This document shows positions 1 through 8,322 of a stretch of 40,000 bases of DNA, one piece after another; position 1 is the first letter of the stretch, and every line of letters starts with the position of its first letter. The notes under the pieces were generated by a model that was given only the letters and a program-made list of their open reading frames with translations, was not told where the DNA came from and ran no database searches. The position numbers and the translations under genes are program-made. Origin of the DNA: Mycobacteriales bacterium (GTDB lineage Bacteria > Actinomycetota > Actinomycetes > BP-191); contig DATLNF010000009.1 in the NCBI GenBank assembly GCA_035536955.1, forward strand, positions 1 to 40,000. The letters are read 5' to 3'.

Positions 1-130
1 CGAACTGCTGCATGGCCTCGTCGTCGATGCCGGCGCCGTCGAGCACGACGGCCAGCGCGTTGCCGTAGTACGGGATCGCGCCGAACACGTCGACCTGTGC
101 GAACGCGCGGGACCGGGTCATGCCGACCAT
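1..130 (-). CDS. PhzF-family isomerase-like protein, N-terminal fragment (gene runs off window start)
   Basis: Reverse translation from ATG at 130 gives MVGMTRSRAFAQVDVFGAIPYYGNALAVVLDGAGIDDEAMQQF, a typical PhzF/YddE-type N-terminus. Absent from the ORF track because it is truncated by the window edge. An alternative ATG lies at 121. Confidence 0.55.
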   Translation of the reverse strand, partial: MVGMTRSRAFAQVDVFGAIPYYGNALAVVLDGAGIDDEAMQQF

Positions 131-228
131 CCGATCTGACGAGGCGGGTTCGAAGCGCGGACGTCCGCGAACGCGGCGGCGCGCCCCGGAAGTATCGGCG
201 TGCTCGGCCGCTTCCTCCCGGCGGGACG

Positions 229-957
229 CTAGGGGTGTCGAAGCAGGCGCAGGAATCGCTCGGCGTCGCCGGCGCGGGGGAGGTTGTTGAACAGCACGTA
301 GGGCGCAGAGCGGTCGCGGATGCGGTCGCGGAGCCCCCGCAGCTCGTCGTCGGTGTGGACGTGACGCGACCCGGTGGTTCCGTGCAGCCGGTAGTACGTC
401 TGCTCCGGAGTCACTGTTTCTCGTTGCATCGGGTCGACGACATGGGTGAGGTCGAGGTCCCGGCACAGCTCGGCGACGAGATCGTCGGGCCACTCCCCGC
501 GCGGCTCCCACAGCAGCCGGGCGTCCGGGCGGGGAACGCTCGAGAGCAAGGTGCGCATGCGCTCCACGTTCTCGCCCGTTGGGCGGAAGCTCCTCGGGCA
601 CTGAAGGAGCACCGCTGTTGCCCGCAGGATTTGCGCGCACTCGACGGTGCGCTGCCAGGCGCGGAGCACGGGCGGAGTCGACCGGAACTCGCCGACCTGC
701 CCTCGCTCGTCCTCAGGCAGCGGAGTCTTCATCCGCCGGTAGGTCGGGCTCCCGGACGCGTGGGTGATCAGCTGCCATGCCTTGATCGTGAACTCGAACG
801 ACGGCGGCACGGTGCTGCGCCACCGCTCGAGGAGCGGGTCGGGGGGCGGCTCGTAGAACGTGTGCTGCACCTCGAGCAGCGGGAAACGCTCGACGTAGGT
901 CCGCTGCGACATCGTCCATCCGCAGAGACCCACTCGCGCTCGTTGCTGAGTGCTCAC
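229..957 (-). CDS. DUF72 (YecE/UPF0759-like) family protein
   Basis: 242-aa ORF with N-terminal GLCGWT, FYEPPP, a PSFEFTIKAW block and C-terminal YYRLHG, as in DUF72 proteins. Start is GTG at 957, or the internal GTG at 933. Confidence 0.8.
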   Translation of the reverse strand: MSTQQRARVGLCGWTMSQRTYVERFPLLEVQHTFYEPPPDPLLERWRSTVPPSFEFTIKAWQLITHASGSPTYRRMKTPLPEDERGQVGEFRSTPPVLRAWQRTVECAQILRATAVLLQCPRSFRPTGENVERMRTLLSSVPRPDARLLWEPRGEWPDDLVAELCRDLDLTHVVDPMQRETVTPEQTYYRLHGTTGSRHVHTDDELRGLRDRIRDRSAPYVLFNNLPRAGDAERFLRLLRHP

Positions 958-1142
958 GAGACAGTGACTACCCCGTGGGCGCAGGTCGAGCCCGCACCAG
1001 GCTCAGCAGCGTCGCCGCACGCCGATGACCGGACCGGTCGGGCCGCCGCTCGGACCAAGCCGCCCAGGCGCATCCGCGGCCGCCGGCCGCCACGGCACCG
1101 CCGTAATCGTCGCCTGCGCTCGCGTCCCGTGGCTGGCCGCTG

Positions 1143-3959
1143 CTATGGCCGACGGCCTAGGCGGCGCTCGACCTCACGCAGGTCGTCGTCAAGGTCGAAC
1201 GGCAGCACCCACGGGCCTCGCTGCGCGGCGATGCGGTCGAGCAGGCCAGCCGCGACAGCGTCGTCGGTGGTGATCACGGCTTCTGCGCCGAGGCAGCCGA
1301 GGAGCTCGAGCAGGAGCATCTCCCGCGTCTCAAGGATCGCGCGGGCGTCTGCGATCTCATCGGTGGCTTCGTCGGTGCGGCCGAGGCGGTGGAGCACGAT
1401 GGCCCGCCGCCACCTCAGCATCGCCGCGTCGGCGACGGCGTCGACGGGCAGTCGGGCAAGGCCACGGTCCAGGAAAGCCAGCGACTGGACGAAATCGGAC
1501 TCACGCCGGGCAACACCCGCGAGGACAAAAGTGGCGTCGGTCGGCTGCAGAGACAGTGCGACCACCCGCTCCCACGCCCGCTCTGCTAGCTCACCGGCCT
1601 GCTGGGGCTCCCCTAGCAGGAGTAGCGCAGCGGCGGACGCCACCTGGCCGATAACCTCCCACGCGGTCATGCCGTCGAAGACCGCCGGATCCTGCACCTG
1701 CTCAAGCACGGTCCAGGCCTCTGTACCTCGACCTTGGTCGATCAGGGTGCGCGCCAGCCTGACCTGGTGGATCGGCCTCATCTGCAGCCCGGCAGTGAGG
1801 GCCGCTCGGGAGACGCGCTCGGCCTCGACAGGCTCGACGAGGCGCAGAGCAGAGGCCATGCTGATGGCCCGCTCAGCGTCGAAGGCAAGCGCCGCCGCGG
1901 GATCGAGCCGCGGCCTCACCTGCGCGTACTCCTCGACGTAGGCGGTGAGGGCCGCGCGACTGTCAGAGAGCGCAGCGACCACCACGAGCACGTTCGCGTG
2001 CATCCCGGGGTCTCCACAGATCCTGGCCTGCTCGAGGCCCGCGTGGGCGACCTCTCTCGCTTGATCCGCGCGGCCGAGGGCCTTCAAACTCTGCACGGCG
2101 ACGCCGGAGAGCGGGGCCCGCTGAGCCGGGTCGCTGGTGAGCTTCTCAGCCGCTAGCTTCCAGGAGAGCGAGTCGAGGATCAGGCCGCAGTGGTACAGCC
2201 CGTCCTCTACTCCCACGGCGAGGGCGACCGCATCCGCGTCCGCGCCGGTTGACCGCAGGTGGTCCCAGGCCGCGCGGAGGTGGGGAAGCTGGCGGGCGAC
2301 GAGGTGCACCGACGTGGACCACGGCCGAGGGCGGGTGAAGATGTCCAGCACCTGCTGGGCATGTCGGTCGTGACAGTCGGCCTTCTCCTGGTCGTCGAGG
2401 TGTTCGGCGGCGTAGTCGCGGATGCTGACCAACAGCCCGTACCGGGTGTCGCTGCTCACCTCGCTGGTGCGGACCAGGCTCCGGTCGACCAGCACCTCGA
2501 GCAGGTCGAGGACGTCGAGATCGGCACCCCCGACCGCCTCGACCATCTCGTAGTCCGTCGGAGCAGGCAGCACCGACATGCGGGCCAGCAGCCGCTGCTC
2601 GTCCGCACTCAGCGCGTCAAAGGACCAGGCGATGGTGGCCCGCAGAGTCTGGTGCCGCTCCGGCATGTCGCGCGATCCGCCGGTGAGGATCCCGAGTGCG
2701 GAGTCGAGGCGAGCCAGGAGCTTGTCGACGCTGAGCACCTTCGTCCGCGCGGCCGCCAACTCGAGCGCCAGCGGGTGCCCGTCGAGTCGGGTGCAGATCG
2801 CCGCCACCGCGGGGGCTGTGTCATTCGTGACGGCGAAGTCAGCGCGAACGGCGCACGCCCGGTCGACGAAGAACCGAACCGCCTCGAAGGTTGATAACTG
2901 CTCCGCGGTCGGCGGGGGCTCCGACGGGTCCGGCAGCGACATCGGCGTCAGCTCGACCTGGCGCTCCGAACGGACCCGCAGCGGCTCGCGGCTGGTCGCC
3001 AGCACCCTCGACCGAGGAGCGCGGCTGATCAGGTCAGCGACGAACGTCGCGCACCCCATCACCTGCTCGAGGTTGTCCAGCACCAGCAGCGCCGGCGCCG
3101 CCGTCAGGGCGGCGACCAGAGCGTTCGCCGGATCGTCGGCGCCGTAGCGGACGCCGACGGCCTCGGCTACCCGTGCGGGCACCAGGGCGGGGTCGGTCAC
3201 CGCCGACAGGTCGACGAACCACACGGCTCCGACGTCGGGGTCACCGACCAGCTCCGCGGCGGCCTGCAGCGCGAGCCGGGTCTTGCCCATGCCGCCGAAG
3301 CCGGTCAGCGTGACGAGCCGGTGGGCCCGAACGGCGTCGACCAGACCTGCCAGCTCGGCCTCCCGGCCGATGAACGGCGCGGCCTGCTCAGGGAGGTTGT
3401 GCGTCGCCACGTCGAGGCTCGCGAGCGGCGGAAACTCGTCGGGTAAGTCGTTGAGGTCGAGCTGCCAGACGTGCTCGGGGCGGGTGAGGTCTTTCATCCG
3501 GTGCTCGCCCAGGTCGATGACCGAAGCTCCGGGGGGAAGCTTGTCGCGGACCACCTCGTACACCGGCGCGCTGAGCAGCGTCTGCCCGCCGGCGCCGAGA
3601 CCGCGCAGCCGCGCACACCGGTTGACCGGGTCGCCGTAGAGGTTCCCACCCCGCTCGGTGACCTCACCGAGGTGCACCCCGATCCGCTCCTTCAACGGAA
3701 TGCTGGTGGGCCACGGCTCCGCAGCCAGCTCCCGCTGCACCTGCGCGACAGCGGCGATGGCCTCGGTCGCGGAGCGGAACGCGGCGAAGACTGCGTCGCC
3801 CTCACCCTGGTCCACCGGCCGAAACCCGCCGTGCTCGGCGACCGCGCCGTGCACGATCTCGTGATGACGCGCCATCGCCGCGTCCATCGCCGCCGACTCG
3901 TCCTGCCACAACCGCGTGGAGCCCTGCACGTCGGTCAGGACCAGCACCAGCGTCTCCAC
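1143..3959 (-). CDS. Class III adenylate/guanylate cyclase fused to a STAND (NB-ARC-like) ATPase and TPR-like repeats
   Basis: ORF 1143..4370. Its upstream third overlaps the flp gene, so the start was moved to GTG 3959 (GAAGGGG about 6 nt upstream). Cyclase motifs are LVLTDVQGST, GEGDAVFAAF and GDPVNRCARL. Walker A is GFGGMGKTRLA. The C-terminus is long and helical-repeat-like, and there is no HTH. It has visibly more A/T-ending codons (tta, aat, aca, ttt, cta, gtt) than its neighbours. Confidence 0.85.
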   Translation of the reverse strand: METLVLVLTDVQGSTRLWQDESAAMDAAMARHHEIVHGAVAEHGGFRPVDQGEGDAVFAAFRSATEAIAAVAQVQRELAAEPWPTSIPLKERIGVHLGEVTERGGNLYGDPVNRCARLRGLGAGGQTLLSAPVYEVVRDKLPPGASVIDLGEHRMKDLTRPEHVWQLDLNDLPDEFPPLASLDVATHNLPEQAAPFIGREAELAGLVDAVRAHRLVTLTGFGGMGKTRLALQAAAELVGDPDVGAVWFVDLSAVTDPALVPARVAEAVGVRYGADDPANALVAALTAAPALLVLDNLEQVMGCATFVADLISRAPRSRVLATSREPLRVRSERQVELTPMSLPDPSEPPPTAEQLSTFEAVRFFVDRACAVRADFAVTNDTAPAVAAICTRLDGHPLALELAAARTKVLSVDKLLARLDSALGILTGGSRDMPERHQTLRATIAWSFDALSADEQRLLARMSVLPAPTDYEMVEAVGGADLDVLDLLEVLVDRSLVRTSEVSSDTRYGLLVSIRDYAAEHLDDQEKADCHDRHAQQVLDIFTRPRPWSTSVHLVARQLPHLRAAWDHLRSTGADADAVALAVGVEDGLYHCGLILDSLSWKLAAEKLTSDPAQRAPLSGVAVQSLKALGRADQAREVAHAGLEQARICGDPGMHANVLVVVAALSDSRAALTAYVEEYAQVRPRLDPAAALAFDAERAISMASALRLVEPVEAERVSRAALTAGLQMRPIHQVRLARTLIDQGRGTEAWTVLEQVQDPAVFDGMTAWEVIGQVASAAALLLLGEPQQAGELAERAWERVVALSLQPTDATFVLAGVARRESDFVQSLAFLDRGLARLPVDAVADAAMLRWRRAIVLHRLGRTDEATDEIADARAILETREMLLLELLGCLGAEAVITTDDAVAAGLLDRIAAQRGPWVLPFDLDDDLREVERRLGRRP

Positions 3960-4021
3960 GCACACCCCTTCTGCGATGCGGTCGACCGCGATCCTGGCAG
4001 AGGGATCGATCCCGGAGCGGC

Positions 4022-4055
4022 CGCTCGGGCCGGCCGGCGCACGCCGGCCCGAGCG
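4022..4055 (-). terminator. GC-rich hairpin immediately downstream of flp (terminator/attenuator candidate)
   Basis: CGCTCGGGCCGG (4022-4033) is perfectly complementary to CCGGCCCGAGCG (4044-4055), with a 10-nt loop. It starts 9 nt after the flp TAA on the minus strand. No clear U-tract follows. Confidence 0.5.
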
Positions 4056-4063
4056 CGCGCGGC

Positions 4064-4240
4064 TTAGAAGCTGAAGCGGAGCGCCTTGCTGATGAGGTCG
4101 GTCAGCAGCTTGAGCACCGAGTCGTTGGTCAGCAGCTTGTAGAGCACGCCGCCGAAGCCGCACGCCGCGACAGTGCCGACGGCGTACTCGGCCGTCGTCA
4201 TGCCCGCGTCGCCCCGCCGCATCGCCTGGATCCGTCGCAT
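4064..4240 (-). CDS. flp: Flp-type pilin-like small protein (DUF4244 family, Rv3656c-like)
   Basis: The sequence MRRIQAMRRGDAGMTTAEYAVGTVAACGFGGVLYKLLTNDSVLKLLTDLISKALRFSF carries the TAEYAVG motif plus a hydrophobic helix. ATG at 4240 has GGGAGG 4 nt upstream. It lies directly after tadC. Confidence 0.8.
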   Translation of the reverse strand: MRRIQAMRRGDAGMTTAEYAVGTVAACGFGGVLYKLLTNDSVLKLLTDLISKALRFSF

Positions 4241-4379
4241 GTGACCTCCCGGTCGTCGAGCCAGGTGCCCGGCCTGAGGCCCGGCAGCGGAGCGACCGCC
4301 CCGCGACTCCACGATCGGGCGTGTACGACGTGCCGCAGGTCGACGCCGGCGGATCTGTGGATGCCGGCATCGCACCCGG

Positions 4380-5117
4380 TCAACCGCCGAGGTCGAGCGT
4401 GCCCATCAGACCGGCGACGAACGGGACGACGCCGACCACGACGAACGCCGGAAGGAAGCAGATGCCGAGCGGCGCGACCATCGCGACCCCGGCCCGGCGG
4501 GCGGCTGCCTCGCCGGCGAGCCGACGCTTCTCGCGCAGCTCCACGGCCATCGCGTCGAGGGTCCGCGCGGGGGACGCTCCCGACTCCGTCGCCCGCGCCA
4601 GCGCGGACGCCAGGGTGCGGAGCGCCGGCGTCCCCGTGGCGACGACCGGCGCCCACGCGTCCGGCATCGACATCCCCAGGCGCAGTCCACGGGCTACCTC
4701 GGCGAGCATCACGCCGAGGCGTCCCGGCACCGCCGCGGCGACCTCGCAGAGAGCAGCGCCCGGGGCCGCGCCGGCCACGATGCAGGCCGAGAGCAGGTCG
4801 CAGGCCATCGGCAGCGACCGCTCGACGGACGCAGCGTCCGCCCGCTCCCCGCTCGTCGCGTCGCGCCGCGCGAGCAGACCGACGGCGGAAACTGCGGCGG
4901 CACCGGCGACTGCACCCGTGGCACCGCCGACGGCGACGGCGATGCCGAGCGCGCCGAGGATCCCCGCCATGGCACCGAGGCCGGCTCGAGGCGGCCCAGC
5001 CGGCATCGCACGCGGGGCCGCTTCGGCGGCGAGCAGATGAGCGAGCCGGTGGGCGCTTCCGCGCCTCCCCATCAGGATCGACGACGCGACGAGCGCCGCG
5101 ACGACGAGCGCGGTCAC
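4380..5117 (-). CDS. tadC: Type II secretion system F-family membrane protein (TadC-like)
   Basis: Polytopic Ala/Gly/Val-rich membrane protein downstream of tadB. GTG at 5117 overlaps the tadB TGA (GTGA). The ORF track offers an earlier GTG at 5153. Confidence 0.8.
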   Translation of the reverse strand: MTALVVAALVASSILMGRRGSAHRLAHLLAAEAAPRAMPAGPPRAGLGAMAGILGALGIAVAVGGATGAVAGAAAVSAVGLLARRDATSGERADAASVERSLPMACDLLSACIVAGAAPGAALCEVAAAVPGRLGVMLAEVARGLRLGMSMPDAWAPVVATGTPALRTLASALARATESGASPARTLDAMAVELREKRRLAGEAAARRAGVAMVAPLGICFLPAFVVVGVVPFVAGLMGTLDLGG

Positions 5118-5917
5118 CGGGCGGCTCTGCGGGCGAGCGCGCGTGTCCACCACAGCCCGAGCGCGTCGAGCGTGGCGCCCGCCGCGAGGCAGACGCCACC
5201 GGCCGGCGTCCGGAAGAACTGCACGGGCGACGCGCCGAGACCGGCGGCCATGAGGACTGCCACGCCGGGCAGCGCGGCGAGCACCAATGCCGACGCGCGC
5301 GGCCCCGCCAGCTGGGCGGCGACCTCGTCACGGCAACGCTCGTCGGCGGCCAGCCCGACGGCCAGCCGCAGCAGGCCGTCCGCGAGCCCGGCGCCGGAGG
5401 CGGAACTGACCCGCCAGCAGGCCGCGACGGCGCGGAGGGCCTCCGCACCTGGTGGGCCCGGGATCAGGGAGTCCGCCACGTCCAGACCCAGCCGCGCACC
5501 GGACGCCACCGCCGCCCGGTGCGCCGCCAGTGGCGCGGGCGCGAGCTCCGCGCCGGCAGCCAGCGCGGCATGGGGGGGCGCGCCGGCCAGCAGCTCGCCG
5601 GCGACGAGGCGGAGCACGTCCGGGAGCGAACGGCGCACCGCCTCGATCCGACGGGCGGCGCGATGTCGCCGCCACACCTCCTGCGTCGCCGCGCCGACCA
5701 CGGCCCCGATCACGAGAGCGACCGGCGTGCGCACGACCGCGTACGACGCCACGGCGGCGGCCAGTGCGCCGGCCCGCGCCCGCACGATCTCCGGCGCGAC
5801 CGCGCCCACCCCACCGCCGCGTCCGTGCGACGGCCTCTGCAGCCGGGGCGCCGGCGTGGTCCGCAGCCACGCGGCGAGGGCGACCGCGCCCACCGCACAT
5901 GCCTGCGCGCCGGTCAT
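5114..5917 (-). CDS. tadB: Type II secretion system F-family membrane protein (TadB-like)
   Basis: ATG at 5917 overlaps the tadA stop codon (TGATG). Membrane protein with a T2SS-F-like C-terminal region, in the conserved position after tadA. Confidence 0.8.
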   Translation of the reverse strand: MTGAQACAVGAVALAAWLRTTPAPRLQRPSHGRGGGVGAVAPEIVRARAGALAAAVASYAVVRTPVALVIGAVVGAATQEVWRRHRAARRIEAVRRSLPDVLRLVAGELLAGAPPHAALAAGAELAPAPLAAHRAAVASGARLGLDVADSLIPGPPGAEALRAVAACWRVSSASGAGLADGLLRLAVGLAADERCRDEVAAQLAGPRASALVLAALPGVAVLMAAGLGASPVQFFRTPAGGVCLAAGATLDALGLWWTRALARRAAR

Positions 5918-7092
5918 CAGCAGCCGCCGGGAAGCGGCACCCCGCGGGTCGCGGTCATCGCCGCAAGCGCGTCCCACGCCGGACCACGGGATGTGCCGCC
6001 ACGGCGTACCGCGGAGACGGCTGATGTCACGTCGACCGCACCGGCCGGCGCACGGCAAACGACGGCCACCTCGGCGACGCGGCGGACCCCGTCGGGGTCG
6101 CGCCGGAGGTGGATGACCGTCTGCACGCCCGCAGCGACCTGGCTGTGCAGCGCGTCGCGGGCGAGTCCCGCAGCGCCGGCCAGCGCCTCGAGCCGCGCCG
6201 GCACGTCGGCGGTCGCGTTGGCGTGCACCGTGGACAGCCCGCCCTCGTGCCCGGTGTTCAGGGCCGCGAGCATCTCGACCACCTCGGCGCCGCGCACCTC
6301 GCCGACGACGATCCGGTCAGGGCGCATCCGCATGGCCTGACGCACGAGGTCGCGCATCGTGACCTCGCCGGCGCCGTCGACGTTGGGCGGTCTCGCCTCG
6401 AGGCACACCACGTGCGGGCAGGCCGGGCGCAGCTCGGCGGCGTCCTCCACGACGACGACCCGGTCCCGCGGGTCCGCGAGCCCGAGCAGGCACGCGAGCA
6501 GAGTCGTCTTGCCGGTGCCCGTGCCGCCGGTGACGAGCGCGGACAGGCGGGCCGCGACAATCGCCGACAGGGCAGCCGCGATCGCCGGCTCCACGGAGCC
6601 GCGCTCGACCAGGTCGTCGAGGGTGAACGACTGCCGGCCCAGGGTGCGAAGGGAAACGGTCGTCGCCCGGCGGGAGATCGGCGGCAGGACGGCGTGCAGT
6701 CGCGTGCCGTCGGGCAGGCGGGCGTCGACCCAGGGCTGCGCCTGGTCCAGCCGCCGGCCACTGGGCAGCAGCAGCCGCGCGACGAGTCGGCGTACCTCCT
6801 CGTCATCGGCGAACCGCACCCCGGCCGGCTCCAGGCCGTGGCCGCGGTCGACCCAGACCTCGTCGGGCGCGTTGACCAGCACGTCAGTGACGGTCGGGTC
6901 CCGCAGCAGAGGCGCCAGCGGACCGGCGCCGAGAAGGTCGTCCTGCAGCGACTGCAACAGCTCGAGACCCCGGTCGGTCCCGGTGAGCCCGCCTTCGGCT
7001 CTCACCGCGGCCGCGATCTGCGCGGCGGTGGGTACGCCGGTCTCCGTGGCGAGGCGCCGGCGTACCCGGACCAGGAGGTCGGCCTCACTCAT
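5917..7092 (-). CDS. tadA: TadA/CpaF-family secretion ATPase
   Basis: 391 aa with Walker A GGTGTGKTT and a VVVEDAAEL Walker B-like box, plus the region GEVRGAEVVEMLAALNTGHEGGLSTVHAN typical of VirB11/CpaF ATPases. The ATG overlaps the ssd-like stop (ATGA). Confidence 0.95.
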   Translation of the reverse strand: MSEADLLVRVRRRLATETGVPTAAQIAAAVRAEGGLTGTDRGLELLQSLQDDLLGAGPLAPLLRDPTVTDVLVNAPDEVWVDRGHGLEPAGVRFADDEEVRRLVARLLLPSGRRLDQAQPWVDARLPDGTRLHAVLPPISRRATTVSLRTLGRQSFTLDDLVERGSVEPAIAAALSAIVAARLSALVTGGTGTGKTTLLACLLGLADPRDRVVVVEDAAELRPACPHVVCLEARPPNVDGAGEVTMRDLVRQAMRMRPDRIVVGEVRGAEVVEMLAALNTGHEGGLSTVHANATADVPARLEALAGAAGLARDALHSQVAAGVQTVIHLRRDPDGVRRVAEVAVVCRAPAGAVDVTSAVSAVRRGGTSRGPAWDALAAMTATRGVPLPGGC

Positions 7093-8159
7093 GCCGCGGT
7101 CGGCACGCCGCCACGGCGCGCGTCGGGGAACACGGACCGGGCGAGCCGGGTCACCGCGCGCGTCAAGTGGCTGCGCCCACCCGTGACCAGCCCAGCCGGG
7201 AGCTCACCGGCGCAGTCGCGGTCGGAGCGGATGCTCGCAGCCAGCGGCAGCGCGACGGCGTCGGAGATCATCGCCGGGCTCAGCCCGGTCTGGCAGGGAC
7301 CGCGGACGACGAGGCGGACGTCGGTGACGTACCGCGCGGCGAGCGAGGCGATCCGCGAGGTGGCGGCGGCCGCCCGCACCTCGCCGGTGGTCACGACGAG
7401 CAGCGTGTCCACGACGCCGAGCGCCTCGGCCATTACGTCGGGGTTGGCGCGGGGCAGGTCGACGACCAGCGCGGACGCGGCGCGCCGCGCGGCCTCCAGC
7501 ACGCACGACACGACACCCGGGGACAGGTCGACATGCTCTCCGCGGTCCCAGGACAGGAGGCGAACTCCGTGGGCGAGTGGCACGGCCGCCGCGATCCCCT
7601 CGGCGGAGAGCCGGTGGCCCACCGCGGCCACGTCCGGCCACCGCGCCCCGGTCGCGTCCTCCGCGCCGAGCACCACGTCGAGACCCCCGCCGACGGGGTC
7701 GGCATCGAGGAGGAACGTCGGATGGCCGTCCCGCTGCGCGGTGAGAGCCAGCGCGACGGCGAGCGTCGTGGCACCCGCGCCGCCGCGTCCGCCGACGACC
7801 CCGACCACCGTGCCGGCTGGCGTCCCCTGGGCCGTGTCGGCAAGCCGGCCGACCAGCCACGCCTCGGCGTCCGGCAGGAAGATCACGTGGTCCGCGCCGA
7901 GCTCGACCGCGCGTTGCCACACCAACGCGTCGTCCAGGTCGTGCCCGACCAGGACGACTCCCCGGCGACGCGGCACCCGCGCCTCGACGAGGCTGCACGC
8001 GATGTCGTCGCCGACGAGGACGATCGGCGCGTCCGCCCACAGCCGCCGCGCCGCGGCGACGTCGGCGACGACGTCAGCCTCGACGGCGGCCGCTGCGACC
8101 AGTCGCTGGACGTCGCTTCGGCAGGCATCGCTTCCGGTGACCACGAGGGGTCGCGCCAT
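7089..8159 (-). CDS. CpaE/Ssd-like ParA-fold protein (Rv3660c-like septum-site-determining family)
   Basis: Starts MARPLVVTGSD..., with ATG at 8159 preceded by GGAGGTG. It has an N-terminal receiver-like region and a degenerate P-loop, GGRGGAGATT. It is the first gene of the tad cluster. Confidence 0.85.
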   Translation of the reverse strand: MARPLVVTGSDACRSDVQRLVAAAAVEADVVADVAAARRLWADAPIVLVGDDIACSLVEARVPRRRGVVLVGHDLDDALVWQRAVELGADHVIFLPDAEAWLVGRLADTAQGTPAGTVVGVVGGRGGAGATTLAVALALTAQRDGHPTFLLDADPVGGGLDVVLGAEDATGARWPDVAAVGHRLSAEGIAAAVPLAHGVRLLSWDRGEHVDLSPGVVSCVLEAARRAASALVVDLPRANPDVMAEALGVVDTLLVVTTGEVRAAAATSRIASLAARYVTDVRLVVRGPCQTGLSPAMISDAVALPLAASIRSDRDCAGELPAGLVTGGRSHLTRAVTRLARSVFPDARRGGVPTAA

Positions 8160-8322
8160 GGCCGCACCTCCGCTGCTCGCCTCCACCACCAGCTGAAGGC
8201 TGCGACGGACGCGGGTCACGCGGCGGACGGCCACGACATCTGTGGACACCCGAGGCCTCGGCGCATCGGCGTACGGGGACGGACCTCGCCGGTCCGGCTG
8301 ACCGGGCCCGGACATGGGACGA

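Noticed and set aside
141-170. GGTTCGAAG (147-155), resembling a tRNA T-loop, next to the palindrome CGCGGACGTCCGCG (156-169)
   Set aside because: The flanking bases do not form a T-stem, and no acceptor, anticodon or D arms can be drawn. It is most likely just a small terminator or intergenic hairpin after the DUF72 gene.
97-1941. 614-aa plus-strand ORF spanning the DUF72 gene and the cyclase 3' end
   Set aside because: It crosses two well-supported minus-strand genes and an intergenic region. The translation is Arg/Ser/Pro-rich with no domain signature.
3960-4370. N-terminal extension of the cyclase ORF (track start 4370) and the 103-aa version of the flp ORF (start 4375)
   Set aside because: The cyclase extension overlaps the flp gene in another frame and is Arg/Gly-rich. 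The cyclase domain begins right after GTG 3959. For flp, the ATG at 4240 has a strong GGGAGG SD, and the upstream 45 codons are basic junk overlapping the tadC end region.
4241-6340. 699-aa plus-strand ORF (and the overlapping ORFs 4198..5448, 5037..6116 and 5452..6024) across the tadB/tadC region
   Set aside because: The translations are Arg/Pro/Ala/Gly-rich and low in complexity. They lie antisense or out of frame to clearly recognisable Tad membrane proteins. These are typical high-GC shadow ORFs.
6109-8196. 695-aa plus-strand ORF antisense to tadA and the ssd-like gene (plus 7167..8654)
   Set aside because: Same reasoning as above. It is a shadow ORF opposite genes with Walker motifs and coupled start/stop overlaps.
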